Shown here: in pieces, positions 63,301 through 64,000 of the stretch
Layout: each line of letters opens with the position of its first letter
How positions within the stretch are numbered: position 1 is the stretch's first letter
Assembly (NCBI GenBank): GCA_030141605.1
Contig: JAQGDQ010000094.1
Coordinates: 590,429-654,428 of the forward strand
Length of the DNA stretch: 64,000 nt
DNA from: Tubiluchus corallicola
Taxonomy: Eukaryota > Animalia > Priapulida
Direction of reading: 5' to 3'
Position numbers and translations under genes: made by a program
The notes under the pieces: generated by a model
The model's database searches: none
Told to the model about the DNA's origin: nothing
Seen by the model: the letters and a program-made list of their open reading frames with translations, nothing else

Positions 63301-64000
63301 GGTGTGAAGGTATATACATTGCAACCCCTCCACCTTTCTTATTTTTACATCTATCTCTTCTTATTAATGTGTGATTAGGTAATTCTATAGTGTTGCTAAG
63401 TATTTGTTTATGTAGCCAAGTTTCTGTTGTGCCTACAATCAGATTTTCGGTGGCGTGAATTGTATCTTTCAGCAGCCAGTGTTTTTTGACGAGACTTTGA
63501 ATATTTATATTTAGAAATTTGATGTTCTTTTTATAAGTAATCATGCATTTTTTTAGCTCATCACTGGTATTATTATTGTTGGTGTTATTATTATTATTAT
63601 TTGGCAAAATGGGTCCAGGGTTAGTTGCGATACCACCAAGTATAAGTAGTAAACGAATTATGGTTAAAATGTAAGCCAGTTCAGAACATGAGTATAGAGT
63701 GCTTTCAAATTTAGATGAAATCTGTAATTTTTCCAATTTTTTTAGAGCTACGTATTTTAGATTGACATGACGCATTTGTCTTATAGCACTGAGGTACACA
63801 ACTTTTAAGATGGATACAAATCTTTTTAAAATAAATTGCATAGAGTGTCTTATTCTATCGCTATTTACAGGAAAAGCAATGAAAAAGTTGTTTAAATTAC
63901 CTTTAGTCATTACATTACAAATTACTGTTACGTAGATCATTTTCAGTTTTAGTATGGATAGTAATGTACGTAGAATAACTAAGACGTAAGCATAGTTACA
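60369..64000 (-). mobile_element. Near-intact CR1/L2/Crack-group LINE (APE endonuclease + RT), runs off the window
   Basis: EN ORF 63940-62882 (NINIQSL, TETWL, GGGVAMY, IYRPP, MGDFN, IDHF, SDH); RT ORF 62885-61290 (YRPIS, QFGFRK, FLDLSKAFD, GIPQGTLLGPLLF, QYADDT); C-terminal ORF to 60593; 3' AATAAA and (TA)n tail at 60369-60402. Confidence 0.97.
63611..63652 (-). other. Variant 2A-like (StopGo) peptide upstream of the LINE endonuclease
   Basis: LLLILGGIATNPGP versus the consensus LLLxGD(V/I)ExNPGP, at the position where APE-type LINEs carry 2A sequences. Confidence 0.7.

Overview
AT-rich eukaryotic (invertebrate animal) genomic DNA; the taxon cannot be fixed from sequence alone. The first ~25 kb has no credible host coding sequence, only micro/minisatellites, MITE-like and Helentron-like elements, a 5S-rRNA-derived fragment and a deleted pogo-like DNA transposon. 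An intronless Shaker/Kv1 potassium channel (26538-28034) and an intronless BTBD1/2/3/6-like BTB-BACK gene with an apparent C-terminal MATH domain (39253-40590) follow. The main discovery is a gustatory-receptor-like (GRL, 7TM ion-channel chemoreceptor) locus with variable and constant exons. Five tandem ~1.1-1.2 kb exons each encode TM1-TM6 and end at the same phase-0 donor (..RYE|GT). Only one pair of small constant exons (50166-50255, 50884-51045) encodes TM7a/TM7b with the TxxxxxxQF signature. Variable exons V1-V3 can be completed by splicing to this pair; V4-V5 form a second subfamily whose constant exons should lie beyond the window. Neighbouring variable exons have near-identical 3' ends, suggesting gene conversion. 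The window ends in a near-intact CR1/L2-group LINE with a variant 2A-like (NPGP) peptide, apparently nested in an older RTE-X-like element. Splice models, family assignments and mismatch counts were made by eye and need RNA-seq/HMM confirmation.
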